Of a DNA stretch of 64,000 nucleotides, positions 32,452-42,015 are shown piece by piece. Within the stretch, counting starts at the first letter, position 1. Each line of letters opens with the position of its first letter. The DNA comes from Porphyridium purpureum (lineage: Eukaryota), in assembly GCA_008690995.1 (NCBI GenBank), contig VRMN01000006.1:806001-870000 (forward strand), in the 5' to 3' direction. A model generated the notes under the pieces. It had not been told where the DNA came from. It saw only the letters and a program-made list of their open reading frames with translations, and did no database searches. The translations under genes were made by a program, and so were the position numbers.

Positions 32452-34356
32452 ATGAAAGCATACATGCGCTTGCGCACGACCTTCGCTGCAAGACCTCCCG
32501 GCGTCGTCCCGAATCTCGTCCGCTGCGCGCGTAGTTTGCGGTTCAACGGATCTGTGGATGAACGCTGGCAGCCGCGCGCGTTGGGTTGGCGCTCAAGCAG
32601 CACTACTGGTGTCACTGCGGTCCCCGACAGTGAGAGAAGCAGGAGTGATAGCAGCAGTACCAGCAAGAGCGATGTCAAACTGCGCGACCGCTGGCATGAA
32701 AGAAAGTACGTAATCGCGTGGTTCCGCGCAGACCTGCGCGTGCGCGACAACCCGATTCTTCTGGCCGCCATTCGTGCTGGGAAGGGCCATGTGCTGCCCG
32801 TGTACTGCTTTGATCCACGATCGTTTGGCCTGACAGACCAGGCCAAGTTTCCGAAATGCGCTGCGCCACGCGCTCAGTTTCTGCGTGAGTGCGTGGAGGA
32901 TCTGCGCAACAGCCTGCGGGCGCTTGGCTCGGACTTGATCGTGCGGCATGGTCGGCCGGAGGTGGTGCTCTCAGAGCTAGCGGAGCAGTACGGGTGCTCG
33001 CAGGTGTTTGGGTCCAAGGAAGTAGCCAGAGATGAGACGCGCGTGGAGAAAAAGCTGAATGCAAGCTTGGCTGCACTGGAGAACCCGCCCGAGCTGACAC
33101 TTCGGTGGGGCGCTTCGACCATGTTTCACCTGGATGACCTGCCCTTTGCGCTGGAGGAGATGACTAGAATTTACGATGTCTTTGCGAATATCCTCAGGGC
33201 AGAGGCCTCGAAGCCAATCGTCGTGCGGTCGCCGCTGCTACCGCCGGCGAAGGGCGCGCTGCAGCCCCTACCGGAAGGACTAGATCGCGGTATAGTTCCA
33301 AGCCTGGACGAGTTGTTGAAGGATTCAGTTCCGGACGCGTGGCAGCGCCATTTTGAGCGAGACATGCGCGCAGTGATTCCATTTCATGGGGGCGAGTCTG
33401 CAGCGATTGCGCGCGTGCGTCATTTTCTGTGGGAAAAGGACTACGTTTCAAAGTTCATGTTTTCCCGGACCAGACTCAAAGGTGATGAGTCGTCGAGCAA
33501 GCTTGCACCGTGGCTTGCTCATGGGTGCGTGAGCGCCCGCGACATCTATCATGAGGTTCGGCGCTACGAACGCACGCGTGCGGCGAACCGGTCAACAAAG
33601 GCGTTCGTTCAAGATCTCATGTGGCGCGACTATTTTCGTTTTCTCGCCTTGCGGCTTGGGAACGTGATGTTTTCTTTGAGAGGTCCGCGCCGTCGCGGCG
33701 ACATCGAATGGGGACACGATCGTGTCGGGTTCGAAGCATGGCGTACGGGCAACACGGGTTACCCGCTGGTCGATGCAAGCATGCGTGAACTCAACCGGAC
33801 GGGCTACATGAGTGGGCGCGGGCGCCGAAACGTGGCTTCATTCCTGGTTCACGAACTAGGTATCGACTGGCGCTGGGGCGCAGAATGGTTTGAATCTAGG
33901 CTTCTTGACTACGATGTGCATAGTAACTATGGCAACTGGACGTACTCTGCGCGCGTTGGACTGGACCCGCGCGAGGACGTCAAGAGAAGGTGTAATGTGG
34001 TCAAGCAAGGCATGGAGCTAGATGTCTATCGTGAGTTCGCCCAGGTATGGCTGCCAATGTTGGCCGGCATCCCGAGAGAGTTTATGTATTCTCCGTACAG
34101 GTTGACGGGTGTGCAACGTGCCGAGTTTCCGAACGTCGATCGTTACGCGCTACCCATTGCTGAAAGGAAGCCTGTCACTGTCAACCCAAAAGATTTGGCT
34201 CGCAGAATGGCTCGGAACTTGCACAGAAGAATGCGAAGAGAAAAGTTGAAAGAAAGAAAGGCTCAGATCGCACAGAGGAAGGCGGACAAGCTGCGTGGGC
34301 AACAAGGAGACTCTTACGTGGGACTTTTGCAGAGGAAATTGAGCAAGCGGCGATAA
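32452..34356 (+). CDS. Cryptochrome DASH-like paralogue, divergent copy 3
   Basis: Intact ORF with DLMWRDYF, MSGRGRRNVASF and a long basic C-terminal tail. Confidence 0.92.
   Translation: MKAYMRLRTTFAARPPGVVPNLVRCARSLRFNGSVDERWQPRALGWRSSSTTGVTAVPDSERSRSDSSSTSKSDVKLRDRWHERKYVIAWFRADLRVRDNPILLAAIRAGKGHVLPVYCFDPRSFGLTDQAKFPKCAAPRAQFLRECVEDLRNSLRALGSDLIVRHGRPEVVLSELAEQYGCSQVFGSKEVARDETRVEKKLNASLAALENPPELTLRWGASTMFHLDDLPFALEEMTRIYDVFANILRAEASKPIVVRSPLLPPAKGALQPLPEGLDRGIVPSLDELLKDSVPDAWQRHFERDMRAVIPFHGGESAAIARVRHFLWEKDYVSKFMFSRTRLKGDESSSKLAPWLAHGCVSARDIYHEVRRYERTRAANRSTKAFVQDLMWRDYFRFLALRLGNVMFSLRGPRRRGDIEWGHDRVGFEAWRTGNTGYPLVDASMRELNRTGYMSGRGRRNVASFLVHELGIDWRWGAEWFESRLLDYDVHSNYGNWTYSARVGLDPREDVKRRCNVVKQGMELDVYREFAQVWLPMLAGIPREFMYSPYRLTGVQRAEFPNVDRYALPIAERKPVTVNPKDLARRMARNLHRRMRREKLKERKAQIAQRKADKLRGQQGDSYVGLLQRKLSKRR
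32706..33144 (+). repeat. Near-identical segment shared with 34779-35217 (DASH copies 3 and 4)
   Basis: Offset 2073 bp. About 7 mismatches over the first ~420 bp, counted by eye. Confidence 0.9.
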
Positions 34357-34596
34357 CTGGTCTGCTACACGGCGCGGACGAGCATCTCCACACAAGTAGT
34401 TTGCCCCCGTCCGTTTCTCCCTCTCTCGTTTCTGTTTTCTTCATTGTAGGTACCAAAAAAAAAGAAAAGGGAGAATGTTTCCTTTTGCGCCGAGTAGCGC
34501 CACGTTGAACATGGAGGAGACCTTCAGGCGGCCGATCGCTAGCAGGTCATCTCGCCTTGATGCGCCAACGGGTAGGTTTAGTGCGCATGGAGTGCG

Positions 34597-36393
34597 ATGC
34601 GAGGATTCATGCGGCACGGCGTCCCAAGCATGCTTAAGCATGGCTCAGGCGCGGAGCGGTCCCGAACGCGTCCCATCGACGGAATTGGACAGCCACGCGT
34701 CTGGCGGTATCGTCGCGTGTGCTCGTTCTGTAGCTTCAGGACCTGCGACGAGCTGCGCAATGGTGTAGAGACTCGCAGGTACGTGATCGCGTGGTTCCGC
34801 GCAGACCTGCGCGTGCGCGACAACCCAGTTCTTCTGGCCGCCATTCGTGCTGGGAAGGGCCATGTGCTGCCCGTGTACTGCTTTGATCCACGATCGTTTG
34901 GCCTGACAGACCAGGCCAAGTTTCCGAAATGCGCTGCGCCACGCGCTCAGTTTCTGCGTGAGTGCGTGGAGGATCTGCGCAACAGCCTGCGGGCGCTTGG
35001 CTCGGACTTGATCGTGCGGCATGGTCGGCCGGAGGCGGTGCTCTCGGAGCTAGCGGAGCAGTGCGGGTGCTCGCAGGTGTTTGGGTCCAAGGAAGTAGCC
35101 AGAGATGAGACGCGCGTGGAGGAAAAGCTGAATGCAAGCTTGGCTGCACTGGAGAACCCGCCCGAGCTGACACTTCGGTGGGGCGCTTCGACCATGTTTC
35201 ATCCGGACGACCTGCCCGATGGTGTTGCGCAATTGCCAAATGCGTTTGTTCGGTTTCGTCGTGTCCTAGAGAGACAGCCTCCGGTCCCTATGCGCTCGCC
35301 GCTGCTACCGCCGGCGAAGGGCGCGCTGCAGCCTTTACCGGAAGGAGTGGATTGCGGTGCAATTCCAAGTATGGATGAGCTGCTGAAGGAATCTATTCCA
35401 GCCGAGGCCGAGCGCTGCTTTCAGCTGGACGCGCGTGCGGCGCTCCCGTTTCGCGGTGGCGAGACGGCCGCACTCGCGCGCGTGCATTACTATTTGTGGG
35501 AGAGTGACCGCATCTTCAAGTTCAATTATACACGACGCGGGCTTCGGGGAGCCGATTACTCGAGCAAGTTTTCGGCGTGGCTCGCGCACGGCTGCGTAAG
35601 CGCGCGCGACATCGGTCACGAGATCAAGCGATATGAGCGCACACGCAAGGCAAACCTTTCGACCCAGCGACTCGTGCATGAGCTAATGGTGCGCGACCAC
35701 TTCCGCTTTCTTGCAATGCGCGTCGGCGATGCTCTATTTCGGCTCGGTGGGCCGCGCGGTCGCCTGGACTTTGAATGGAAGCACGACCGCGCCGCATTTG
35801 AGGCGTGGTGCACTGGTGCTACGGGCTACCCGCTCGTCGATGCAAGCATGCGCGAGCTGCATCGGACGGGATTTATGAGCGACCGCGGGCGCCGGAGTGT
35901 TGCTTCGTTCCTCATCAAAGAGCTCCGTATAGATTGGCGCTGGGGTGCGGAATGGTTCGAGTCGAGGCTGCTGGACTATGATGTGCACAGTAACTATGGC
36001 AACTGGACAAGCGCTGCGGGTCTCGGCGTCGACCCTCGTGAGGAGCTCCGTTTGAATGTAGTCAAGCAAGGCAGAGCGTTTGACCGGTATGGTCTCTACG
36101 CCAAGCTTTGGCTCCCCGAGCTCAAAGCGATTCCTCAAGGTGACTATTTCATGTACGAGCCGCACAGGAAACCGGCGGCAGAGCGCGCGACCTGCGCAAA
36201 CCTAGAGCAGTATCCTGCGCCGTTCGTTGAACGAAAGCGCGAGCCAAATGCCTTAACCGCACTCAGCGCACGATTGCGGTCCAACGGGAAGAAGGAGAAG
36301 AAGAAGAGGAGGAGGTTGAGGATACAGAGGCTGGCGATGCGGGAGAAGAAGCGTCTCGAGGCGCGCCAAAACATTGGTCGAAGAAGAAAATAA
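34597..36393 (+). CDS. Cryptochrome DASH-like paralogue, divergent copy 4
   Basis: Intact ORF with ELMVRDHF, MSDRGRRSVASF, NYGNWTS and a K/R-rich C-terminal tail. Confidence 0.92.
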   Translation: MRGFMRHGVPSMLKHGSGAERSRTRPIDGIGQPRVWRYRRVCSFCSFRTCDELRNGVETRRYVIAWFRADLRVRDNPVLLAAIRAGKGHVLPVYCFDPRSFGLTDQAKFPKCAAPRAQFLRECVEDLRNSLRALGSDLIVRHGRPEAVLSELAEQCGCSQVFGSKEVARDETRVEEKLNASLAALENPPELTLRWGASTMFHPDDLPDGVAQLPNAFVRFRRVLERQPPVPMRSPLLPPAKGALQPLPEGVDCGAIPSMDELLKESIPAEAERCFQLDARAALPFRGGETAALARVHYYLWESDRIFKFNYTRRGLRGADYSSKFSAWLAHGCVSARDIGHEIKRYERTRKANLSTQRLVHELMVRDHFRFLAMRVGDALFRLGGPRGRLDFEWKHDRAAFEAWCTGATGYPLVDASMRELHRTGFMSDRGRRSVASFLIKELRIDWRWGAEWFESRLLDYDVHSNYGNWTSAAGLGVDPREELRLNVVKQGRAFDRYGLYAKLWLPELKAIPQGDYFMYEPHRKPAAERATCANLEQYPAPFVERKREPNALTALSARLRSNGKKEKKKRRRLRIQRLAMREKKRLEARQNIGRRRK

Positions 36394-36538
36394 ATGTTCA
36401 AGTAGGGAAGCCGCATCTTCGAATTTACGTTTATCGGCGACTGGAAGCTCGTGCCCTTGGCGCGCCAGAGAATCGCGTGTGCGCGAAGCGCGAGGTGCGG
36501 AAAGCCGACGAGACGTGTGGCAAGGACGCCTTGCCGCG

Positions 36539-36799
36539 ATGAGCAAGAGCAGTATCACGGACGCCGAGCTGGACGATCTCGTTCAGTCGCTGGTGGTGCA
36601 GCAGAGCGTTGCGCAGTCGGGCCGGGAGAGCGTGGACGTGCCTCGCTACACGTACACCGCGCTGGGCGTGGCGCTCGTGGTCAGCGTGCTGCTGCTCATT
36701 GGCGCGTGGATGAAGTATCACCGCTGGATTCGGCGCGCGCTCGAGAGCCGCGAGGACTCGGCTCTCTTCCCGTCTATGCGCGGCACGACGCGGATGTGA
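36539..36799 (+). CDS. Small single-pass membrane protein (86 aa), unknown function
   Basis: Strong GC3 codon bias. One hydrophobic stretch ALGVALVVSVLLLIGAWM followed by basic KYHRWIRR. Confidence 0.6.
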   Translation: MSKSSITDAELDDLVQSLVVQQSVAQSGRESVDVPRYTYTALGVALVVSVLLLIGAWMKYHRWIRRALESREDSALFPSMRGTTRM

Positions 36800-38507
36800 G
36801 GAGTTGCACAGTTCACGCGCCGTCCCGCAGCCATCATCTGGCTGTCGACTTTGCTATCCTGCGACGGCAAAGCGCACATGTGGGGGACGGGGATGACGTT
36901 CGAGACGAGGCCGGTGTCGCCGGCGCAAGGAGCGAAAGTCAGTGTCGGTGTGTGTGTTTGAGTACTGGCTGCGTGCAGCTGTGCGCAGCCACGTGCAACG
37001 TGCATTTACATCTAGCTTCGGGCGGTCAGCAAAAAACCTTGTGACCTTTGTTGTCCCGACGCAAGACAGCCCCGCTGAACAAATAAAATCCCCAGCGTGT
37101 CCAGCGCGTGCTGCCAACATGAGTTCACGCGGCGCCCATGTTGCGCATTGTGGAACGCCAGGAAACGAACACTACTCCTCAGCTCCCACCTGTTATTCCC
37201 TCTCTCAGTTCACCACTCGCACACACGACAAACTCAATTGACGCGGTCTCCCCACCACGTGCCCACGACCACGCTTTGCAGCAACACACCCCCACCAACC
37301 AACTCTACGGTGAACGGCCACGCGGATGCGGCGCAAATTCCTGCGCGCACACGCGCGGCGGCGCCAACATGTATGCGTGTGGCAAGCACGTTCTCTCCCG
37401 CGCCACAACTTGCGCTGTGAACTCACTACTGCTTCCCGCTCTTCTTCTCTTCTCTTCCCCCCTGCCGCGTCCTCCTCCGCCAGCGCGTCTGAATCTGTGC
37501 GCCAACAACAGCTGAACCGTAATCACTGTACACCTCTCTACTAAAACAGACACGTTTTGATGGACCCGTCCGCTTGTTTTTTGAATTCGAAGTCTGCGAG
37601 CCGTTTTTCGAGGGTTGTGTGCAAACGCAATCAACTGTACACTACCAAAACACCCCCGAATTACAGGAGGGAATAAAAAAAAATACAAGTCGATTTATTT
37701 TTAAACCTGAAACGTGGTTGAACCGGAAAGCGTGGTGCAAGTGGAATGAAGCGGGATTTGAGAGGGTGTGAGTGCGGGAATTCACGCGAAATGTGCGCGG
37801 AAGGCGAGAAAGTGGGGCGTGGATGAGGAAAAGTGGAGGGGAAAAGGAAGGGGGACGGACGGAAAAGTGGCGGGATTGGAGAAGAGGCGCGGCTAAGCGC
37901 GCGAGGCGGCGTGTGTAGGTGGGAGTGGCGGGTGAGGCGATGGGGGATTGAAGGCGATGAATGATGTGTCTTGGCGAGTGGCGGTGTGTCCCTGGTCGCC
38001 GCGAGGAGCCGCACAGGCCGTGGCTCAAGCAGCAACACGCAGCAGCGCCTCAAGGAGAAGGAAGACTGGGAGAGTCTGTGCGAGTTGCTGCGTGCTTGCG
38101 TGAGTGCATTGATTCGCGTGGATACTTCGGCGCGCGCGCGTGCTGAGTTTGAGAGTGGGCGGCGGTGGTGGTGGTGGCGTGCTCGTGGAGAGTCTGGGGG
38201 GAGGCGTGGTGGAGCACGAGGCGCGCAGCCGGGAATGTTCGTGCGCGTCGCGCGCAGGGTCTCGGGTCGTGGACGTGTTGCGTGTGGCCCGTCGGTAGTG
38301 TCCCGTTGACTCGGTGGCTGTACCGGTACCGGTACCGCGGCGCGCCACGTGGTCGTGGTGTTGGAGGACGACGACGAGGAGCAGAATTGCCCGGCAAGGT
38401 GTCTAGGCTTCCAGACACGCGTCGTGGTGTGAGACAGCGCGAGACAGAGAGAAAAAGAGACAAAGCGTGCAGGAAGGAGGCTGCGCTGCGCGGGGGCGAA
38501 TGCGAGA

Positions 38508-40505
38508 ATGTTTGCGGGAGCGCAACAACAGCAAGGGAAATCGGCGTCTGCGGGCGCTATGAGTTCAGAGGAGATTAAAGTGGCAGACCCGCTCAATTTG
38601 GTGCTGCGGTTGCCGTCCTCGCTCAGCGCGCTGCTGCAGGTCAAGAGCGGCGGGCTCAGAAACATGCTGCGGCTCAGGCTCGCGTCGCTGGCGTTCGCCG
38701 AGCTGCGCGGCTTCTCGGTCGTGCTGTACCCGCTCTCGGACCGTGCTCACATGAGCAAGGCAGACATGGAGCGCTTTGAAAACGCCATCGACGTGAAGAA
38801 GCTCTCGCAGCAGGTGTCGCCAGAGGACATCGTCATTATCAACTTGAAGGAGGCCAGCATGCTTGTATCCGCGTCCAAACGCTCCATATTGTTTCGCCGC
38901 GAGGACGAGCACAATATGGAGCTCGTGCTGCGCTCAGGCGCCCAATTCAGTACGTGGTCGGACGCGCTAGCGCGTGCCAAGGCGAGCCGGGACGTCTCGC
39001 TCGCGGACTTTCACATTGTCCGCCCGCTCGGGCAGGGCGCCGGTGGCAAGGTGTTTTTGGTGCGGGACCGCGAGAGCGGCGAGCAGCTCGCGCTCAAATG
39101 TGTCGAGAAGGCAGTCGTGACAAAGACAAGCGATAAGATGCGGCACGCCATGGACGAGCGGCTGGTGCTCGAATTATCGTGCGACCACCCGTTCATTCTG
39201 CAGCTGCGGTACGCCTTCCAGACGGAGCGCCGCTTGTACATGGTGACCGATTTCTGCAAGGGCGGCGACTTGTACGAGTACATGCGCAAGCGCGGACGCC
39301 CGCTTTCTGAGCGCCGCGCCCGGCGGCTCGGTGCGCAAATTTTGCTCGCGCTGGAACACATCCACTCGCTGCAGGCCATTTACCGCGACCTCAAGCTCGA
39401 GAATGTCCTATTAGACGACCGTGGCTATACACGGATCGCGGACTTTGGCCTCGCCAAGGTATTGGAGGGAGACAAGCAAGGCAACAGCACTCGGAGTTAC
39501 AGCTCGCCGAGCGCGCCAAGTCTCAGCGGGAGTACACACTCGGTCAGTGAAGACAGAAGTGGCGGGCGCAGCAGCGCTCTGCTACCATTGTCCGGAGCCT
39601 CGGCTAAATCGGCTGGCGCTGGGAAACCGCCGGCCGCAAAGCAAAAGACACCGGTCACATCTAAACAGCCGCCGCCGCCGCAGCAGCAGCAAAAACAAGC
39701 ATCCGCGTGGGGTACAACAACATTTTGCGGGACGCGTGAGTACGTTGCGCCAGAAATGCTCTCGGGTAAGCCATACGGACAGAGCATCGATGTCTGGGCT
39801 TTCGGTATTCTTATGTACGAAGTCTTGTGCGGCCGGACGCCGTTCTATGCCGAAGATCGTGACGAGGTATACAACAAGATTGAGACCGGTACTTTGACAT
39901 TTCCACCGCATCTCCACCCAGTAACAATGGACCTACTAACCAAATTACTCCACAAGGACGCTCAGAGCCGCCTCGGTGCCGGGCCCGGCGGGATCGCCGA
40001 GGTTAAGGGTCACCCTTTCTTCCGCGGCTTGGACTGGCAGGGCGTCATTGATAAGGTTGAGCATGGTGATAACCTTCCCACCATCGAGGTGGAGCCGACC
40101 GATCAAGATTTTGAGGAAATGATGACGGGCATCACATTTGATCTCGAAGATACGTGCGAATCTCGCGCCGCAAACGTTAGTCTGGACAAGTCCGCGGCCG
40201 GCTCGAAGGCATGGGCGGCGTTTATGCCACGCTCGGTGTCGGCCAAGAGCTCCCGGAGTCTCAAGAGTAGTCCGACAACGATGAGCAGGAGTGGGAAGAG
40301 CATAGTGAGCAGGGAGTTCAGCAAAAAGTCAAGCATTCCGGGCTATGCGTACTCGTATGTGGGCAAGCTTAGCGAAGACTGGGGCGGCAGCGACATCACT
40401 CGCGAAGGCATTGAGATGGAAAGGGGGCCTCGGCTCGGCACCGTGTCGCTCCGATCGGAGGACGCGACCAGCGCGGACAACGCGCCGCGCGTGAAGTCTG
40501 AATAG
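38508..40505 (+). CDS. AGC-family Ser/Thr kinase (S6K/PKB-like) with N-terminal PH-like region
   Basis: LGQGAGGKV, LALK, HPFILQLRYAFQT, YRDLKLEN, DFG, TFCGTREYVAPE, HPFFRGLDW. Confidence 0.93.
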   Translation: MFAGAQQQQGKSASAGAMSSEEIKVADPLNLVLRLPSSLSALLQVKSGGLRNMLRLRLASLAFAELRGFSVVLYPLSDRAHMSKADMERFENAIDVKKLSQQVSPEDIVIINLKEASMLVSASKRSILFRREDEHNMELVLRSGAQFSTWSDALARAKASRDVSLADFHIVRPLGQGAGGKVFLVRDRESGEQLALKCVEKAVVTKTSDKMRHAMDERLVLELSCDHPFILQLRYAFQTERRLYMVTDFCKGGDLYEYMRKRGRPLSERRARRLGAQILLALEHIHSLQAIYRDLKLENVLLDDRGYTRIADFGLAKVLEGDKQGNSTRSYSSPSAPSLSGSTHSVSEDRSGGRSSALLPLSGASAKSAGAGKPPAAKQKTPVTSKQPPPPQQQQKQASAWGTTTFCGTREYVAPEMLSGKPYGQSIDVWAFGILMYEVLCGRTPFYAEDRDEVYNKIETGTLTFPPHLHPVTMDLLTKLLHKDAQSRLGAGPGGIAEVKGHPFFRGLDWQGVIDKVEHGDNLPTIEVEPTDQDFEEMMTGITFDLEDTCESRAANVSLDKSAAGSKAWAAFMPRSVSAKSSRSLKSSPTTMSRSGKSIVSREFSKKSSIPGYAYSYVGKLSEDWGGSDITREGIEMERGPRLGTVSLRSEDATSADNAPRVKSE

Positions 40506-40622
40506 GACTTGCGAGCTTCTTTGCATCCTACCACCGCGCGATCAAGTTATTCTTTGTCATCGTACAATACACGCGATTGTCTAAGCTTCTACCATTTGGG
40601 ATTTTGCGTCGATCGGCTTGCT

Positions 40623-41846
40623 TTACCATTCGATGGACTCTGCATTCACAATACCGGCCGCTGGCTTTGCACCCGAGCGCGCTTGCTTCCCAGCGGTGCC
40701 GTAGTAGTTGGACCACTCGGCGCCATCTTTGGAGTAATAGTCCATTGGGTAGGCGCGCGTGCGCCACTCGACATGTCCGAGCGCTACCATAGCCTCATAC
40801 ACGGTGAGCAGCGGACGCGTGAAGGCCTCGCCCCAGTCGATGGAAAGGCGCGGACACGCGATCTGTACCCACGCATCAACGCCGCCGGCATGCTCAAGTG
40901 CTTGCAATTTCGTTGGCGAGATTTCCGACAGAAGAATCACAAAATAGCACCGCTTCTGTTCCCGAAACACGCGCGTGATGCGTGACAGAATTTTGGGCGA
41001 TCCCTGTCGTCCGAGCGTACCCAGAATGACGCCAAAGCGCTTTGCTCGCTGCGCGCTCTGCACCGCCGAGCTCCGCAGCGCCATCATCCTGTCGTGGTCG
41101 TAGTGCTCGCTTGTAAACGCTTTCGAGTAAGGGTCGTACCGGAACGCAGGCACCTCGGGGTTGGCAATCATCGCGGCTTCAAGGTGGAATCTGCCATCCG
41201 CTACGTACACAAGCGCGTCGCATTCTGCGAGTGAAGGTGCCGTACAGCCCAGCACTTCGCCGGGTGAGAGCGGCTTATTTTGCGGTATCTGCACAGCGCT
41301 CTCAAAGTATGCTTCCAGGCTTGGCCGCATCTCATGCAGACACGCCACAAATTGGATGGTGGCGATGAGTGCAATGCGGTCGGTACGCGCGAACTGGAGC
41401 TTCAGACACTCAACAAGGTGCGCCCAGTCAAATGATATGGACACAAAAACGTAGAGCATGGGCAGCAGGCACGAAGTGACCGGCACCAGGCACGAATGAC
41501 CATAGTGGATGAGAAAGTCGCAGCCCAACTGCGCGGCTGAAAAGTCGTCCACGCAGCACGCGCCGTACGTCACGTCGCCCATCACCACGCACTCAACACC
41601 TGCATGCTTGCCGAGCAAGTCCCCCAGCACCGACGCGTACATCAGCAGTCCCTCGGGCAGCTGAAGCGCCACGCGACGTGCCTTTGCCGTGCGCAAGCGC
41701 CACACGCACTTGTGCACCTCGAACGAATAATTGCTCGGCAGTGACGCTCGGATATCTGCGTTCAGCTCCTCATCTTGCAGGACTTCTGCCGGCACTGCCG
41801 ACGCCACTGTGCGCCGCACCACCCGCTCTATCCTGTTCTCAGCCAT
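40623..41846 (-). CDS. DPH1: Diphthamide biosynthesis protein 1
   Basis: LPSNYSFEVHK, GDVTYGACCVDD, HYGHSCL, GEVLGCTAP, QIACPRLSIDWG, YPMDYY. Confidence 0.97.
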   Translation of the reverse strand: MAENRIERVVRRTVASAVPAEVLQDEELNADIRASLPSNYSFEVHKCVWRLRTAKARRVALQLPEGLLMYASVLGDLLGKHAGVECVVMGDVTYGACCVDDFSAAQLGCDFLIHYGHSCLVPVTSCLLPMLYVFVSISFDWAHLVECLKLQFARTDRIALIATIQFVACLHEMRPSLEAYFESAVQIPQNKPLSPGEVLGCTAPSLAECDALVYVADGRFHLEAAMIANPEVPAFRYDPYSKAFTSEHYDHDRMMALRSSAVQSAQRAKRFGVILGTLGRQGSPKILSRITRVFREQKRCYFVILLSEISPTKLQALEHAGGVDAWVQIACPRLSIDWGEAFTRPLLTVYEAMVALGHVEWRTRAYPMDYYSKDGAEWSNYYGTAGKQARSGAKPAAGIVNAESIEW

Positions 41847-42015
41847 GCGCCTCTCCTTGTCGCGCCGTTGCTTGTTCGCCTAGAGGCCGGCATGCGCGGC
41901 GCGTCGCGATGCGTGACGAGCGGCTCGTGGCCACGTTCGTGCGAAAGGGCGGTGCAGAGCGCACGCGGAGACGCGAGCGGCTGGATGCGGACAGTCGAGA
42001 GCGTGCGCAAAGCAC

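Noticed and set aside
36800..38500. ORFs in the 1.7-kb gap before the AGC kinase (e.g. 37661-38665 on the minus strand)
   Set aside because: Low complexity with a C-rich to G-rich strand switch, more consistent with promoter/UTR sequence; no domain signal.
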